A stretch of DNA of 48,398 nucleotides from Candidatus Yanofskybacteria bacterium (GTDB taxonomy: Bacteria; Patescibacteriota; Minisyncoccia; 2-02-FULL-40-12; GWA2-44-9), in NCBI GenBank assembly GCA_016181145.1, contig JACOZW010000023.1, positions 1 to 48,398 on the forward strand, written 5' to 3'. A program made the translations under genes and the position numbers. The notes beneath the pieces were generated by a model. That model saw only the letters and a list, made by a program, of their open reading frames with translations, did no database searches and was not told the origin of the DNA. The first letter of the stretch is position 1. Each line of letters begins with the position of its first letter. Below, one piece after another: positions 19,430 to 28,024 of this stretch.

Positions 19430-19434
19430 ATATA

Positions 19435-19482
19435 AGCGGTTTGATATCTTCCCTCCAGAGGCGGGCAGACAGACCGCTTTTT
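19435..19482 (+). terminator. Terminator after ligase 3
   Basis: AAGCGGTTTG...CAGACCGCTT followed by T-run. Confidence 0.55.
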
Positions 19483-19577
19483 TATTTTTCAAAAATACCC
19501 ATTAAATCATAATTGACATAAATCCGATATAAATGCTATAAAACAAGAAGTTCCTAATCCTTTCGAGGAAAAGACAC

Positions 19578-19943
19578 ATGGTAGCATTGAATTCATCGAG
19601 AATTAGCAGAATTATTGGACTACTAATCAAATACACAAATTCAGCAAGCATGCGCTGGATTTCCTCAGCCTATCCTTACCGCAAGAAGGGCATTTTACCA
19701 GAAATGGTTCCCTGCTATTCAGCTCAGCGAGGGACACTGAATATTGAAATATTTTTTAAATTCGCAGGTCACCGCCAGCCAGCGAAAGCGGTTCTTGATA
19801 TCGACGGTGTCCTATACCAGGGAACGGAGGTTGATGAACTTACGGATGCAGTAATAAAGAGCATGTCACAGTCGCTGAAAAATACTCTGGATCATGCCGA
19901 TATTATCTACAACGAAGAACTTATGAAAAAACTCGAGGCCTGA
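19578..19943 (+). CDS. Hypothetical protein
   Basis: TTGACA-N18-TATAAA promoter 19513-19542, GAGG SD, terminator 19934-19957. Confidence 0.7.
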   Translation: MVALNSSRISRIIGLLIKYTNSASMRWISSAYPYRKKGILPEMVPCYSAQRGTLNIEIFFKFAGHRQPAKAVLDIDGVLYQGTEVDELTDAVIKSMSQSLKNTLDHADIIYNEELMKKLEA

Positions 19944-19959
19944 TAAGCCTCGTTTTTAA

Positions 19960-20808
19960 TTACAAATTTATGAGAAAATTCTCAAGTGCCAAACGATGGT
20001 TGAACTGAGGCTGAGAAACGAGATAATTTAATTCCAGGAGATTTCTGACAATTCTCGTATTTTTTGGAGAGTTATTCAGATTGGCATAAAGCCAATTAAG
20101 CCAATAGCCGACTGTCTGCACATAAGTCTTATTTTCGTGTACTATCTTGGCGTAATCTATCTTCTCAGAAATTCCCCTACTCAACAGCTTTCTTAAATCC
20201 TCAACTGCAATTTTAGCAGAATCCAGTCCGTCATCTCGGAGTAAGCGCTCGATAAGCCCAAGTCTGCCGAAAGAAATTTTAATTAAAAAGTCTTCATCTT
20301 GTTTATTCAAATTCTTGCTCCTCAAAAATTCCGCAACCTCGGCAGGCTGAGCCGGCAAAAATGTTACTTCCTCACAACGCGACAAAATAGTGCTAGGCAA
20401 GCTTTTTGGCATATGAGTTATCAGGAATAATATAGAGAAGGCAGAAGGTTCTTCAAGAGCTTTTAGTAATGCATTGGATGCCTCATTAGTTAAGCGATGA
20501 GCATCATCAATTACTACAACTTTCTGCGGCCCAGAATAGGGCTTATACGATAGGAATTTTTTAATATCCCTGATATCCTCGATGTAGAGCTTAGTCTCAC
20601 CATCTTCTACTTTGGGCGTAATTAATTTAAAATCAGGGTCATTTTCTGAACTGCGACCATTTAATTTCTCATATAAATCTATCGTAAAGAGTTTTTTACC
20701 AATCATCTCCGGACCGCTAAGCAGATATGCGTGCGACAAAAAATCATTCTTAACAATGTTGGAAAAGTATTTTTTCTGTTTGTTGTGCCCGATAATGCTG
20801 GAGTTCAA
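19960..20808 (-). CDS. holB: DNA polymerase III delta' subunit
   Basis: SHAYLLSGP..GK, IEDIR, KVVVIDDAHRLT.EASNALLKALEEP, TILSRC. Confidence 0.92.
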   Translation of the reverse strand: MNSSIIGHNKQKKYFSNIVKNDFLSHAYLLSGPEMIGKKLFTIDLYEKLNGRSSENDPDFKLITPKVEDGETKLYIEDIRDIKKFLSYKPYSGPQKVVVIDDAHRLTNEASNALLKALEEPSAFSILFLITHMPKSLPSTILSRCEEVTFLPAQPAEVAEFLRSKNLNKQDEDFLIKISFGRLGLIERLLRDDGLDSAKIAVEDLRKLLSRGISEKIDYAKIVHENKTYVQTVGYWLNWLYANLNNSPKNTRIVRNLLELNYLVSQPQFNHRLALENFLINL

Positions 20809-21938
20809 ATTTTTAAAGTTTTAAATATTGTTTCGGATATTATATTCGCAGCTAAGGGAGTAGCAAAAGTTTTGATTCTTTCACTAATCCTAGCATATTG
20901 TTCAGGATTTAATAAAATATCCAATTCGCGCAGAAGGCTTTCTCTATTAAGGTTTGCCTCCTCCATAAGATACCCCCCGAAAAGGCTGAATTCAAACGCA
21001 TTCATATACTGATGATTGGATGAGGATTGAGTTATCGGAATAATAATAGCCGGTTTCCCCAATTGAGCAATCTCAAAAAGAAATGCCGCTCCGGCTCGTG
21101 AAATAATTACATCCGCGATTGAAAAGGCCAAGTTTAGCTGATTCTCATTAAAATATGGGTAGTAGCGATAATATGCTTTAATCGGCGAAGAATATTGCTG
21201 AGCCCCTTCTTTAAGAATGGTTTCTACGGCACTATGAACAGACGGGTACTGGCTTTCTCCGCATTGATGAATGATGTTAAATTTTTGAGCCATAACCACA
21301 AGACCTGAAGTTATAGTTTCATTGATAATTTTTGCTCCTTGGCTTCCTCCAAGAACAAGTATTGTTGGCCTGACTTCATGCAGATCAAAATATTCCCTGG
21401 CAGCATTTATATCTTCCCTAAATACACGGGTTGGGTTACCAGAAAAAATAACCTTTGAGCTCTTGAAATATCTCTCGGCAGTTTTAAATGACAGAAAAAC
21501 AGTTGATGCCATATTGCCTATAATCTTGTTAGCTAGGCCCGGTATCGAATCGGATTCATGCACGAACACAGGTATAAAGAAAAGGCGGGCAACAATGGCC
21601 GGGGCAACCGAACCATACCCGCCCTTAGAAAAAACCGCATCGGGCATAAACAAGAAGATATACCACAGCGATTGGATAAAACCCAGCGGGATTTTAAAGA
21701 GATCAAAAAAAGTTGCTATACTGATATATCTCCTGAGCTTGCCTGCGAGTATTCTTTTATACGGAATTTCACTCTCATTAGCTGCCATCTTGATAAAATT
21801 TCCCTCCCCCAACATCAGCAACTTAAGCCTGATATTCTTAGTAGATGCCTGATTTTGAAGTGATCTGGCAACAGCAACAAGCGGATAGGTATGTCCGCCT
21901 GAACCGCCACCAATTAATAAGATACGGAGTTCTGTCAA
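20805..21938 (-). CDS. murG: Lipid II GlcNAc transferase MurG
   Basis: GGGSGGHTYP, KGGYGS, HESD..PG.AN, GNP, GGSQGA, SRAGA. Confidence 0.96.
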   Translation of the reverse strand: MTELRILLIGGGSGGHTYPLVAVARSLQNQASTKNIRLKLLMLGEGNFIKMAANESEIPYKRILAGKLRRYISIATFFDLFKIPLGFIQSLWYIFLFMPDAVFSKGGYGSVAPAIVARLFFIPVFVHESDSIPGLANKIIGNMASTVFLSFKTAERYFKSSKVIFSGNPTRVFREDINAAREYFDLHEVRPTILVLGGSQGAKIINETITSGLVVMAQKFNIIHQCGESQYPSVHSAVETILKEGAQQYSSPIKAYYRYYPYFNENQLNLAFSIADVIISRAGAAFLFEIAQLGKPAIIIPITQSSSNHQYMNAFEFSLFGGYLMEEANLNRESLLRELDILLNPEQYARISERIKTFATPLAANIISETIFKTLKI

Positions 21939-21952
21939 GGTAGTATTAAGTA

Positions 21953-22489
21953 TTAAGGTTGAAGAATAGTTTTTGAATCTCCGTCAACTGATATAATCAC
22001 TTCTTTGATTTCGGGGAATTGCTTTAGCGTTTCCTCTATTTGAGAACGGATTGTCTGAACCCGACAAGAACCAGCTACACCCCTATTGAATTCTTCGTCA
22101 AACTCAACATTAGCAACTCCTTCTACGATAGAAATTTTTTGAACCTTAGCTCCTAGATTAATCGAAGTAAAAAAACCTTGGGCCTTATCTGCCTCGGTAG
22201 GTCCTTTCAATAACTCCTTAATCGCAATATAAGCAATCTCTCCGAGGCGATTCTCTGAATTATTAGTCGACATAGATATCTCTCTTGAGGCGGGGTAGGT
22301 TTTTTCACAGCTCAGATTGTCGGAATCTTGTACCTTATTCGGAAAAAATACTTTAACCCCAGAGTACTGAGGGCTAATCCTCGGAACAGGCTCGACTATA
22401 TCGCTTCTACCGACAAACCAACTCACAAAAAGAGTAAGGAGAGCTATATCGATAGCTAAAGATATAAGAGAAATTTGGTAGGGTTTCAT
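21953..22489 (-). CDS. GerMN domain membrane-anchored protein
   Basis: ELLKGPT, GSCRVQTIRSQIEETLKQFPEIKEVIISVDG. Confidence 0.85.
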   Translation of the reverse strand: MKPYQISLISLAIDIALLTLFVSWFVGRSDIVEPVPRISPQYSGVKVFFPNKVQDSDNLSCEKTYPASREISMSTNNSENRLGEIAYIAIKELLKGPTEADKAQGFFTSINLGAKVQKISIVEGVANVEFDEEFNRGVAGSCRVQTIRSQIEETLKQFPEIKEVIISVDGDSKTILQP

Positions 22490-22560
22490 CCCGTTAGAAG
22501 TAGCCCCGCCAAGGTCCTCCGGACTCGCGCCTAGGGCGCGAGCGAGACTTCTAACGGGAT
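22488..22560. mobile_element. MITE-like palindromic element, family A
   Basis: 14-bp perfect TIR ATCCCGTTAGAAGT/ACTTCTAACGGGAT; internal GC hairpin. Confidence 0.7.
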
Positions 22561-22567
22561 TAATTCA

Positions 22568-22822
22568 TTATATCACTACTCCTTCATGGCCTAAAATCTC
22601 TCTCTTCTTTTTTATTCCCCTATTATAACCTCCTATCCCGCCATCGCTTCTTATCACTCTATGGCAAGGGATGTCGGAATTATAGTTCTTGTTTAAAATA
22701 TTTCCTACCGCCCGATAGGCCTTAGGTCTTCCGGCTAACCTTGCCACCTCCTTATAGGTTAAGGTCTTGCCCCTAGGTATTCCCTCGACTATCGCATTTA
22801 CTTTTTCATTAAATTTAGTCAT
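22568..22822 (-). CDS. ogt: Methylated-DNA-protein-cysteine methyltransferase (short)
   Basis: IPRGKTLTYKEVA, RAVG, IPCHRVI, GGY. Confidence 0.9.
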   Translation of the reverse strand: MTKFNEKVNAIVEGIPRGKTLTYKEVARLAGRPKAYRAVGNILNKNYNSDIPCHRVIRSDGGIGGYNRGIKKKREILGHEGVVI

Positions 22823-23166
22823 TATTTAATCCCTGTCCCCGAGACAACCTCTGATTCCGGCGCAATTAATACCGGACCCAGCTCGTCAGAAGCAGCTAAA
22901 AGCATACCTTGACTTTCATAGCCCATAAGCTTTCTCGGTTCCAGATTAGCGACAATTACTATTTGTTTTCCGATTAAAATCTCAGGGGTATAGATCGTGC
23001 CTATGCCGGCTATCAGCTGCCGCTGACCTCCGCCAGCTGGCGGATCGCCGACATCAATTTTAAGTTTTACTAACTTATCAGAACCATCAACTCTCACCGC
23101 CTCCAAAATTTTGGCAACCCGCAGGTCTATCTTTTTAAAATCGTCGTAAGTTATTGTTTCAGACAT
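22822..23166 (-). CDS. tRNA-binding OB-fold protein (MetG C-terminal/Trbp111/CsaA-like)
   Basis: ITYDDFKKIDLRV, SDKLVKL, NLEPRKLMGYESQGMLLAA. Confidence 0.9.
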   Translation of the reverse strand: MSETITYDDFKKIDLRVAKILEAVRVDGSDKLVKLKIDVGDPPAGGGQRQLIAGIGTIYTPEILIGKQIVIVANLEPRKLMGYESQGMLLAASDELGPVLIAPESEVVSGTGIK

Positions 23167-23746
23167 TTTCCAAAAAATGTTTTCTAAATTCCGGCCATGA
23201 CTTAATTTTTATGTAATGGCCGGCCTTTTCAAAAACATCAAATTGATCAAATAAATATTTATTTTTAACGCTTGAAAGGGCATTAATAATTTTTAACTCA
23301 TCGTCAATATAGTGGGTAACGCCCAGTTGAGCAGCCTGAAAATTCTTGTCTTCGGGATGCGCTACAAAAAATGAATTTTTATCATTAAAATACTTGGGCC
23401 AAAGCAGGTGCTTTTTCAAAATTTTTATAGCCACTTCCGGTATTTTACGGCGTGAAATAAGAAACATGGGAATATTTTTTTTACTCAAATCCGCCATAGT
23501 TGTCTTAATCCCTCTCATTAGCGGCGTAGATAAAGCAACATCATGATCATCGTAAAGAATGCCCTGAAGCTTTTCTAATATGTTCTGGGGGAGAACAGTT
23601 CTTATTACCTCAGATGGGGTATGATGCGGTTTAATATCGAAACCAAGACTCTTGGCAATTCTGACCTTAGAATCGGCATTATCCAAGATTACCCCGTCCA
23701 TATCGAAACCCACTGCTACTTTATTATTCACATTGAACTTATTCAT
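23159..23746 (-). CDS. HAD-family hydrolase (5'(3')-nucleotidase-like)
   Basis: GFDMDGVI, ISRR, YIDD; ATG 23746 preferred. Confidence 0.78.
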   Translation of the reverse strand: MNKFNVNNKVAVGFDMDGVILDNADSKVRIAKSLGFDIKPHHTPSEVIRTVLPQNILEKLQGILYDDHDVALSTPLMRGIKTTMADLSKKNIPMFLISRRKIPEVAIKILKKHLLWPKYFNDKNSFFVAHPEDKNFQAAQLGVTHYIDDELKIINALSSVKNKYLFDQFDVFEKAGHYIKIKSWPEFRKHFLENV

Positions 23747-23797
23747 AATATTAATTATACTAATCAAACTTCAGTATTTTTACAAATAGGTCACAGT

Positions 23798-24496
23798 ATG
23801 GCTCAATGGCATATAGATTCACGAGAATATCTAACTCGACTTGGGCTTGATAAATTAAATTTTGAAAAACATCTAAACCTACCTGATGTCGTAAACCTTG
23901 AACTAGTAGTGCCTCTTCGAGATATGGCGGTGATTCAATCCGTAGTTCCGATAGATTCTAAGCTACTAGCCTATCTAATAACACGAATTCGAACCTTCGA
24001 CGGAAGACTACCATTTCAAAATTCTGAAATAAGTCAGGTGGTCACCAATACTCGCCAATTAAAAATTGGACAAAGATATGTCTACAGAGAGAGTTACCAA
24101 GCTCTCCTAGAATTTGGAGCTACTAAATTATTTGAACCGTTCTTAGGCGAATGGGCGGGGTTAGGAAACCTAGGAGCTTATTTCGTATTCGGATTAAATC
24201 GAACGTCCAATTATTCAATGGCTTGCTACATACCGCCTATAATCGAAGTCCATGGATCAAAGTCTCTTATCATGGACGGTATTCACCGTAATTATATTGC
24301 TCGCCAAAGCGGTCTTTCAACAATTAATGCCATTTTAGTTCAAAATATAGAGGTACCTTTCCCTTGCGCAACACAAGGCTGGGAAGAAATTAAAGTAATT
24401 CCCTTAGCTAACAAGCCAGAAAATTTAGAAGATAGGTATTTCTCATTACAAAAAAACTTATTCCGCGATCTTAAATATCTTGGAATAGACGGCTAA
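23798..24496 (+). CDS. Hypothetical protein with ParB/sulfiredoxin-like motif
   Basis: PPIIE...IMDGIHR; ATG 23798 avoids overlap with the HAD gene. Confidence 0.6.
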   Translation: MAQWHIDSREYLTRLGLDKLNFEKHLNLPDVVNLELVVPLRDMAVIQSVVPIDSKLLAYLITRIRTFDGRLPFQNSEISQVVTNTRQLKIGQRYVYRESYQALLEFGATKLFEPFLGEWAGLGNLGAYFVFGLNRTSNYSMACYIPPIIEVHGSKSLIMDGIHRNYIARQSGLSTINAILVQNIEVPFPCATQGWEEIKVIPLANKPENLEDRYFSLQKNLFRDLKYLGIDG

Positions 24497-24530
24497 AATC
24501 AAAACCCTCACAATGAGGGTTTTTAATTAA
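24495..24530 (+). repeat. 36-bp direct repeat copy 1 (terminator)
   Basis: AAAATCAAAACCCTCaCAATGAGGGTTTTTAATTAA. Confidence 0.85.
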
Positions 24531-24650
24531 CGCGTCCAATTATCTCAGTGTCGATCCCGAGGAATTCGGATAGATTGTTATCAACATTGAGCTTATCTAT
24601 GGCTTTATTTATACTTAGTCGTAATAAAGTTATTTCACAAATAGGAAATC

Positions 24651-25382
24651 ATGGCCGAGCGAGATAATAATGAACAGCTTTTTGAAGAAAAGGCTAAAAA
24701 TATACTTGCACACTTAAAAACTCAGCTACGCTACGGAAATGGATTTTTACCCCGTCCGTTCATGATAGAATTTACCGGACCGCCTTCGTCCGGCAAAACC
24801 ACGACTATCAGGGAATTGTATGATTTCCTTCGACCGCTTGGATTCGTTGTCTGGAGACCCCAGGAAGGAGCTGAATATATCCAGAACATACCCAGAACTA
24901 CACCGCTCTATAACGTCGCTACCGGACTTTATGCGCTTGATAAGCTCATCCACGAGAGTTTTGGCCATAAATACGACATTATTCTTTTTGACAGAGCTGT
25001 CTATGATGCCTACTGCTGGATGGAGTATTGGGTTGAAAAAAATCAGCTATCGCCGGGGGATAAATATGTCTGGCAATCATTTTTTACCTCCAAACAATTC
25101 TTGGAAAAATTAGACCTCGCTTATTTTATGATCTGTGACCCTGAAGTTGCAATGAAAAGACAACTTAGAATTGCTATCAGTAAAAGACCAAGAGAAACAA
25201 CTAACCCGGCCAGCATCGAACAAAAAAATAAAATCTGGCAACGGGCTCATAGCTTTCACTCAGCATTTCGCACTAATATCCGCTTAGTAAACACGACTAA
25301 CATGGGAGAGCAGGAAATGGTTGATTATTTCACTAACGATATCCTTACTGTTCTTGAATCAAAATCAAAACCCTCGCAATGA
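24651..25382 (+). CDS. P-loop thymidylate/deoxynucleotide kinase-like protein
   Basis: IEFTGPPSSGKTT, ILFDRAVYD, CDPEVAMKR. Confidence 0.75.
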   Translation: MAERDNNEQLFEEKAKNILAHLKTQLRYGNGFLPRPFMIEFTGPPSSGKTTTIRELYDFLRPLGFVVWRPQEGAEYIQNIPRTTPLYNVATGLYALDKLIHESFGHKYDIILFDRAVYDAYCWMEYWVEKNQLSPGDKYVWQSFFTSKQFLEKLDLAYFMICDPEVAMKRQLRIAISKRPRETTNPASIEQKNKIWQRAHSFHSAFRTNIRLVNTTNMGEQEMVDYFTNDILTVLESKSKPSQ

Positions 25383-25396
25383 GGGTTTTTAATTAA
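25361..25396 (+). repeat. 36-bp direct repeat copy 2 (terminator)
   Basis: AAAATCAAAACCCTCgCAATGAGGGTTTTTAATTAA; 35/36 identical to copy 1. Confidence 0.85.
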
Positions 25397-25433
25397 AGTC
25401 TACAAACTACTAATTCAAACGCACGCCGGAAAA

Positions 25434-26150
25434 CTATTGAGATCCGCTCTCGGCCTGGAATGCTGCTCCAAGACAAGTAACAAGCTCCTCGGTCGGCACC
25501 CAGCCGCATTTTCCATCTTCTTGGCGTCCGCATTTAGCATTCTTATAGCAGGCATATTCCGACTTAAACTCACAGCTCGTAATAACATCTTCCTCGGCAC
25601 ATACCTGACCGGAACAGCCGGTAATTTTACATCCGCCGGAACCGGAGGCTGAGTCCGAGGACCAACCCGCCTCGCCGGCAGGCAGATTAGCCGGATCAAA
25701 ACGGATAGGAATCCTTAACTCGGCATCATTTTCAGGCAACCCTGACGGATTGTCTTTCTGAAGAACCAGCGTCCCCGCCTCAGTAGCGGGTTTTTTAAAT
25801 CTTAAAACTGCCTCAAATGGTACAAACTCATCGGTCATCCATTCGTCTTGAGCCTGAGCCGGAATTACACCCAACTCAACGCCATCGGCATCATATATCC
25901 TAACCGGGAAAGATGCTTCAAAATACCAATATCCTCTAGCCTCGCCCTTAACCGTCAAGGGGCTGGAAATTAACTGGCCAGGTTCTGGCTTCTCAAGGCG
26001 AATCAAATTATCAATACCAGACCGAACGGTCATAGTCGGACTTACTGTCGGAGCGCTCATTCTAAAATTATCCATCACGTCACGGCCAAGAAAGAAAATG
26101 ACAGACAAACCCGCGGCCAAAATACCCAGAAACAATATAATTTTTTTCAT
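25434..26150 (-). CDS. Exported Gmad2 Ig-like protein with eight-cysteine-cluster domain
   Basis: Signal/TM, SPLTVKGEARGYWYFEASFPV, KDNPSGLPEND, CKITGCSGQVC...CGW. Confidence 0.82.
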   Translation of the reverse strand: MKKIILFLGILAAGLSVIFFLGRDVMDNFRMSAPTVSPTMTVRSGIDNLIRLEKPEPGQLISSPLTVKGEARGYWYFEASFPVRIYDADGVELGVIPAQAQDEWMTDEFVPFEAVLRFKKPATEAGTLVLQKDNPSGLPENDAELRIPIRFDPANLPAGEAGWSSDSASGSGGCKITGCSGQVCAEEDVITSCEFKSEYACYKNAKCGRQEDGKCGWVPTEELVTCLGAAFQAESGSQ

Positions 26151-26151
26151 T

Positions 26152-26826
26152 TTATTTTATTTTATTTTTTAATAACCGTATTATTTCTTCAATAGTTCCG
26201 CTATCTAATATCTGAACGTCGGTATTTTCTATTAGGCCGTTTATTTTTTGACGCGAGGTTACATAAACACCCTTAATCATGCTCGGCATATCACCCAAAT
26301 CAATTTTAGGACTCATAAATACGACTACTGAGGCAACCTTAAAATCACGGCCCATCTTACTCCTTAGTAATTCGCTCAGGGCATAGGACTTCTGGAGAGA
26401 TTGGGTAATAATTCCCTTCAGAATCACGCCGTCCTGAACCAATTCATCACCATCGAAGCTTACCCTCCCATCCCTGTCTTTAGCAACAATGAGCCAGGTA
26501 CCCGAAGGTCCAACAATCGCGTAATCGACTACTGCATTATTAGGCAGCTTGGGTTTTGATAAAACTCTGAATCCTTTTTCAAGTCTATTCAAATCACTGC
26601 CAAAACTCAACATATCTGCCACAAGCTGTACCTGCACCATTGAGCGCTGGATAACCTCGAATATAATATCAACGATAACAAAAAATATTCCAAGCCATAT
26701 AAATCTATAAAGGGGCGTATCGCCAAACCATGAAACAAGCGGAAAAAACCAATTAGCAACGCCAGCTATTACTAGAAGGATAATTAGAAAAACATGTCCG
26801 AAAATTTTGCTGGTGTATTTAGACAT
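26152..26826 (-). CDS. Membrane-anchored NERD-like domain protein
   Basis: Two TM helices then VDYAIVGPSGTWLI; the usual ExK appears as AKD, so possibly inactive. Confidence 0.65.
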   Translation of the reverse strand: MSKYTSKIFGHVFLIILLVIAGVANWFFPLVSWFGDTPLYRFIWLGIFFVIVDIIFEVIQRSMVQVQLVADMLSFGSDLNRLEKGFRVLSKPKLPNNAVVDYAIVGPSGTWLIVAKDRDGRVSFDGDELVQDGVILKGIITQSLQKSYALSELLRSKMGRDFKVASVVVFMSPKIDLGDMPSMIKGVYVTSRQKINGLIENTDVQILDSGTIEEIIRLLKNKIK

Positions 26827-26855
26827 CTGTCATAATATAAGACCCGAGGCAGGTT

Positions 26856-27161
26856 CTATGGCATTCTTCTCATCTCATTCTCATAATTGGGAAAGTGACC
26901 CGCAACATCTGCAAGATTAAACTTTTTCATAATAACCTCTTTCTGCTCTTTTTCAAGTAAAAAACGGAAGGTGGCTTTTACTAATTCTGCCGGTTCAATT
27001 CTCCTAACCGTCAGCCTGGTCCAATAATCCTTATCGACATCGACAAAATATTCAATCAAACTATCTCCTTGTCCGACTTCCACAAGAAAAGTCCAGCCAT
27101 CTTCACGCTGACTGACTTCTGTTGCTCGAATACCATCAGAATCTTCATCAAACTCTGCCAT
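26856..27161 (-). CDS. Conserved hypothetical protein
   Basis: PAELVKATFRFLLEKE...FNL...FPNYE; extended -10 TGcTATAAT 6 nt before ATG. Confidence 0.75.
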   Translation of the reverse strand: MAEFDEDSDGIRATEVSQREDGWTFLVEVGQGDSLIEYFVDVDKDYWTRLTVRRIEPAELVKATFRFLLEKEQKEVIMKKFNLADVAGHFPNYENEMRRMP

Positions 27162-27216
27162 AGATTTATTATAGCATAAATTAACTCAGGGATAATCTAA
27201 TTTTATCAGGATTCCT

Positions 27217-27258
27217 GAGGCGATTCCCAGAAAGTTCCTCCGGTGAACCTTCGCCTTG
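27217..27258 (-). repeat. 42-bp hairpin module, family B
   Basis: Reverse complement is 39/42 identical to 40551-40592. Confidence 0.85.
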
Positions 27259-27430
27259 CATCAATATGGCGACTAGATGGTCCCGAAAGGCAATAGTCCG
27301 TCGCTCATTAGCTGTTCAACGTTAAATTTCTTTTCCAGGACATAGCCCTTTCCAAAAATGAGCGAGACTTGACATAGCTTACCTAATATTATACACTCCA
27401 AAAACTTTGAGTTTCTGCCAGGAGAAAATC

Positions 27431-27622
27431 ATGATCAGTTCTTTGTTAAAGAGAATCAGCCTGTTAAAGCTCCTAATTATACTGGCTGCCATAAGTATTG
27501 GCCTGATAATCTATGTTTCCCTGAATTCAAATCAAGGTTTTGTGGCCTGGCTAGATTCTCCAGTTAAAATTTGGCACTTAATGGCATTCTGGGTGATTCT
27601 AAGCCCCTTCCGAAAAAAGTAA
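27431..27622 (+). CDS. Small membrane protein (63 aa)
   Basis: TTGACA-N17-TACACT 27369-27397, AGGAG SD, terminator 27626-27649. Confidence 0.65.
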   Translation: MISSLLKRISLLKLLIILAAISIGLIIYVSLNSNQGFVAWLDSPVKIWHLMAFWVILSPFRKK

Positions 27623-27676
27623 CTCGCCGACCCAACAGTCGGCTTTTTTATGCTTTAAAAAAGTTAAGCGAAAAGA

Positions 27677-28023
27677 CTATACTCTAGGGAGAAAATAAGC
27701 ATATATCTTCTAAAAGATGAGCTTACCCAATTCATTCACAGACTACATAAAACTCTCCATCATCCGCCAACTGGCGGAGGCAGATGAGTTTTTCCTCAGA
27801 GGATTAGCCAATCTGAAGCAATTGAGACTCCGAGATAGCCCAATGATATAATATCTGGACGCTAGTCCAATCATTGGGCTATCAGAGGAGCGAACTTAGC
27901 TGAGGTCGGATAACTCATGGAGCAAGGCGAAGGTTTTAGGGACGTGCTTTAGCCGTCCCTGGAATCGCCTCGGAGTTATCCGACCGGAGGCGTGCTGAAG
28001 ATGGTTAATCCTCCGAGGAAAAA
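27677..28023. mobile_element. Composite nested palindromic element
   Basis: IR 27789-27810/28002-28023, inner IRs 27834-27883 and 27904-27985, family B module 27923-27971; left part similar to 43918-43968. Confidence 0.7.
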
Positions 28024-28024
28024 G

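Noticed and set aside
23621..23797. N-terminal extension of the ParB-like ORF
   Set aside because: Overlaps the HAD gene antisense; ATG 23798 is more plausible
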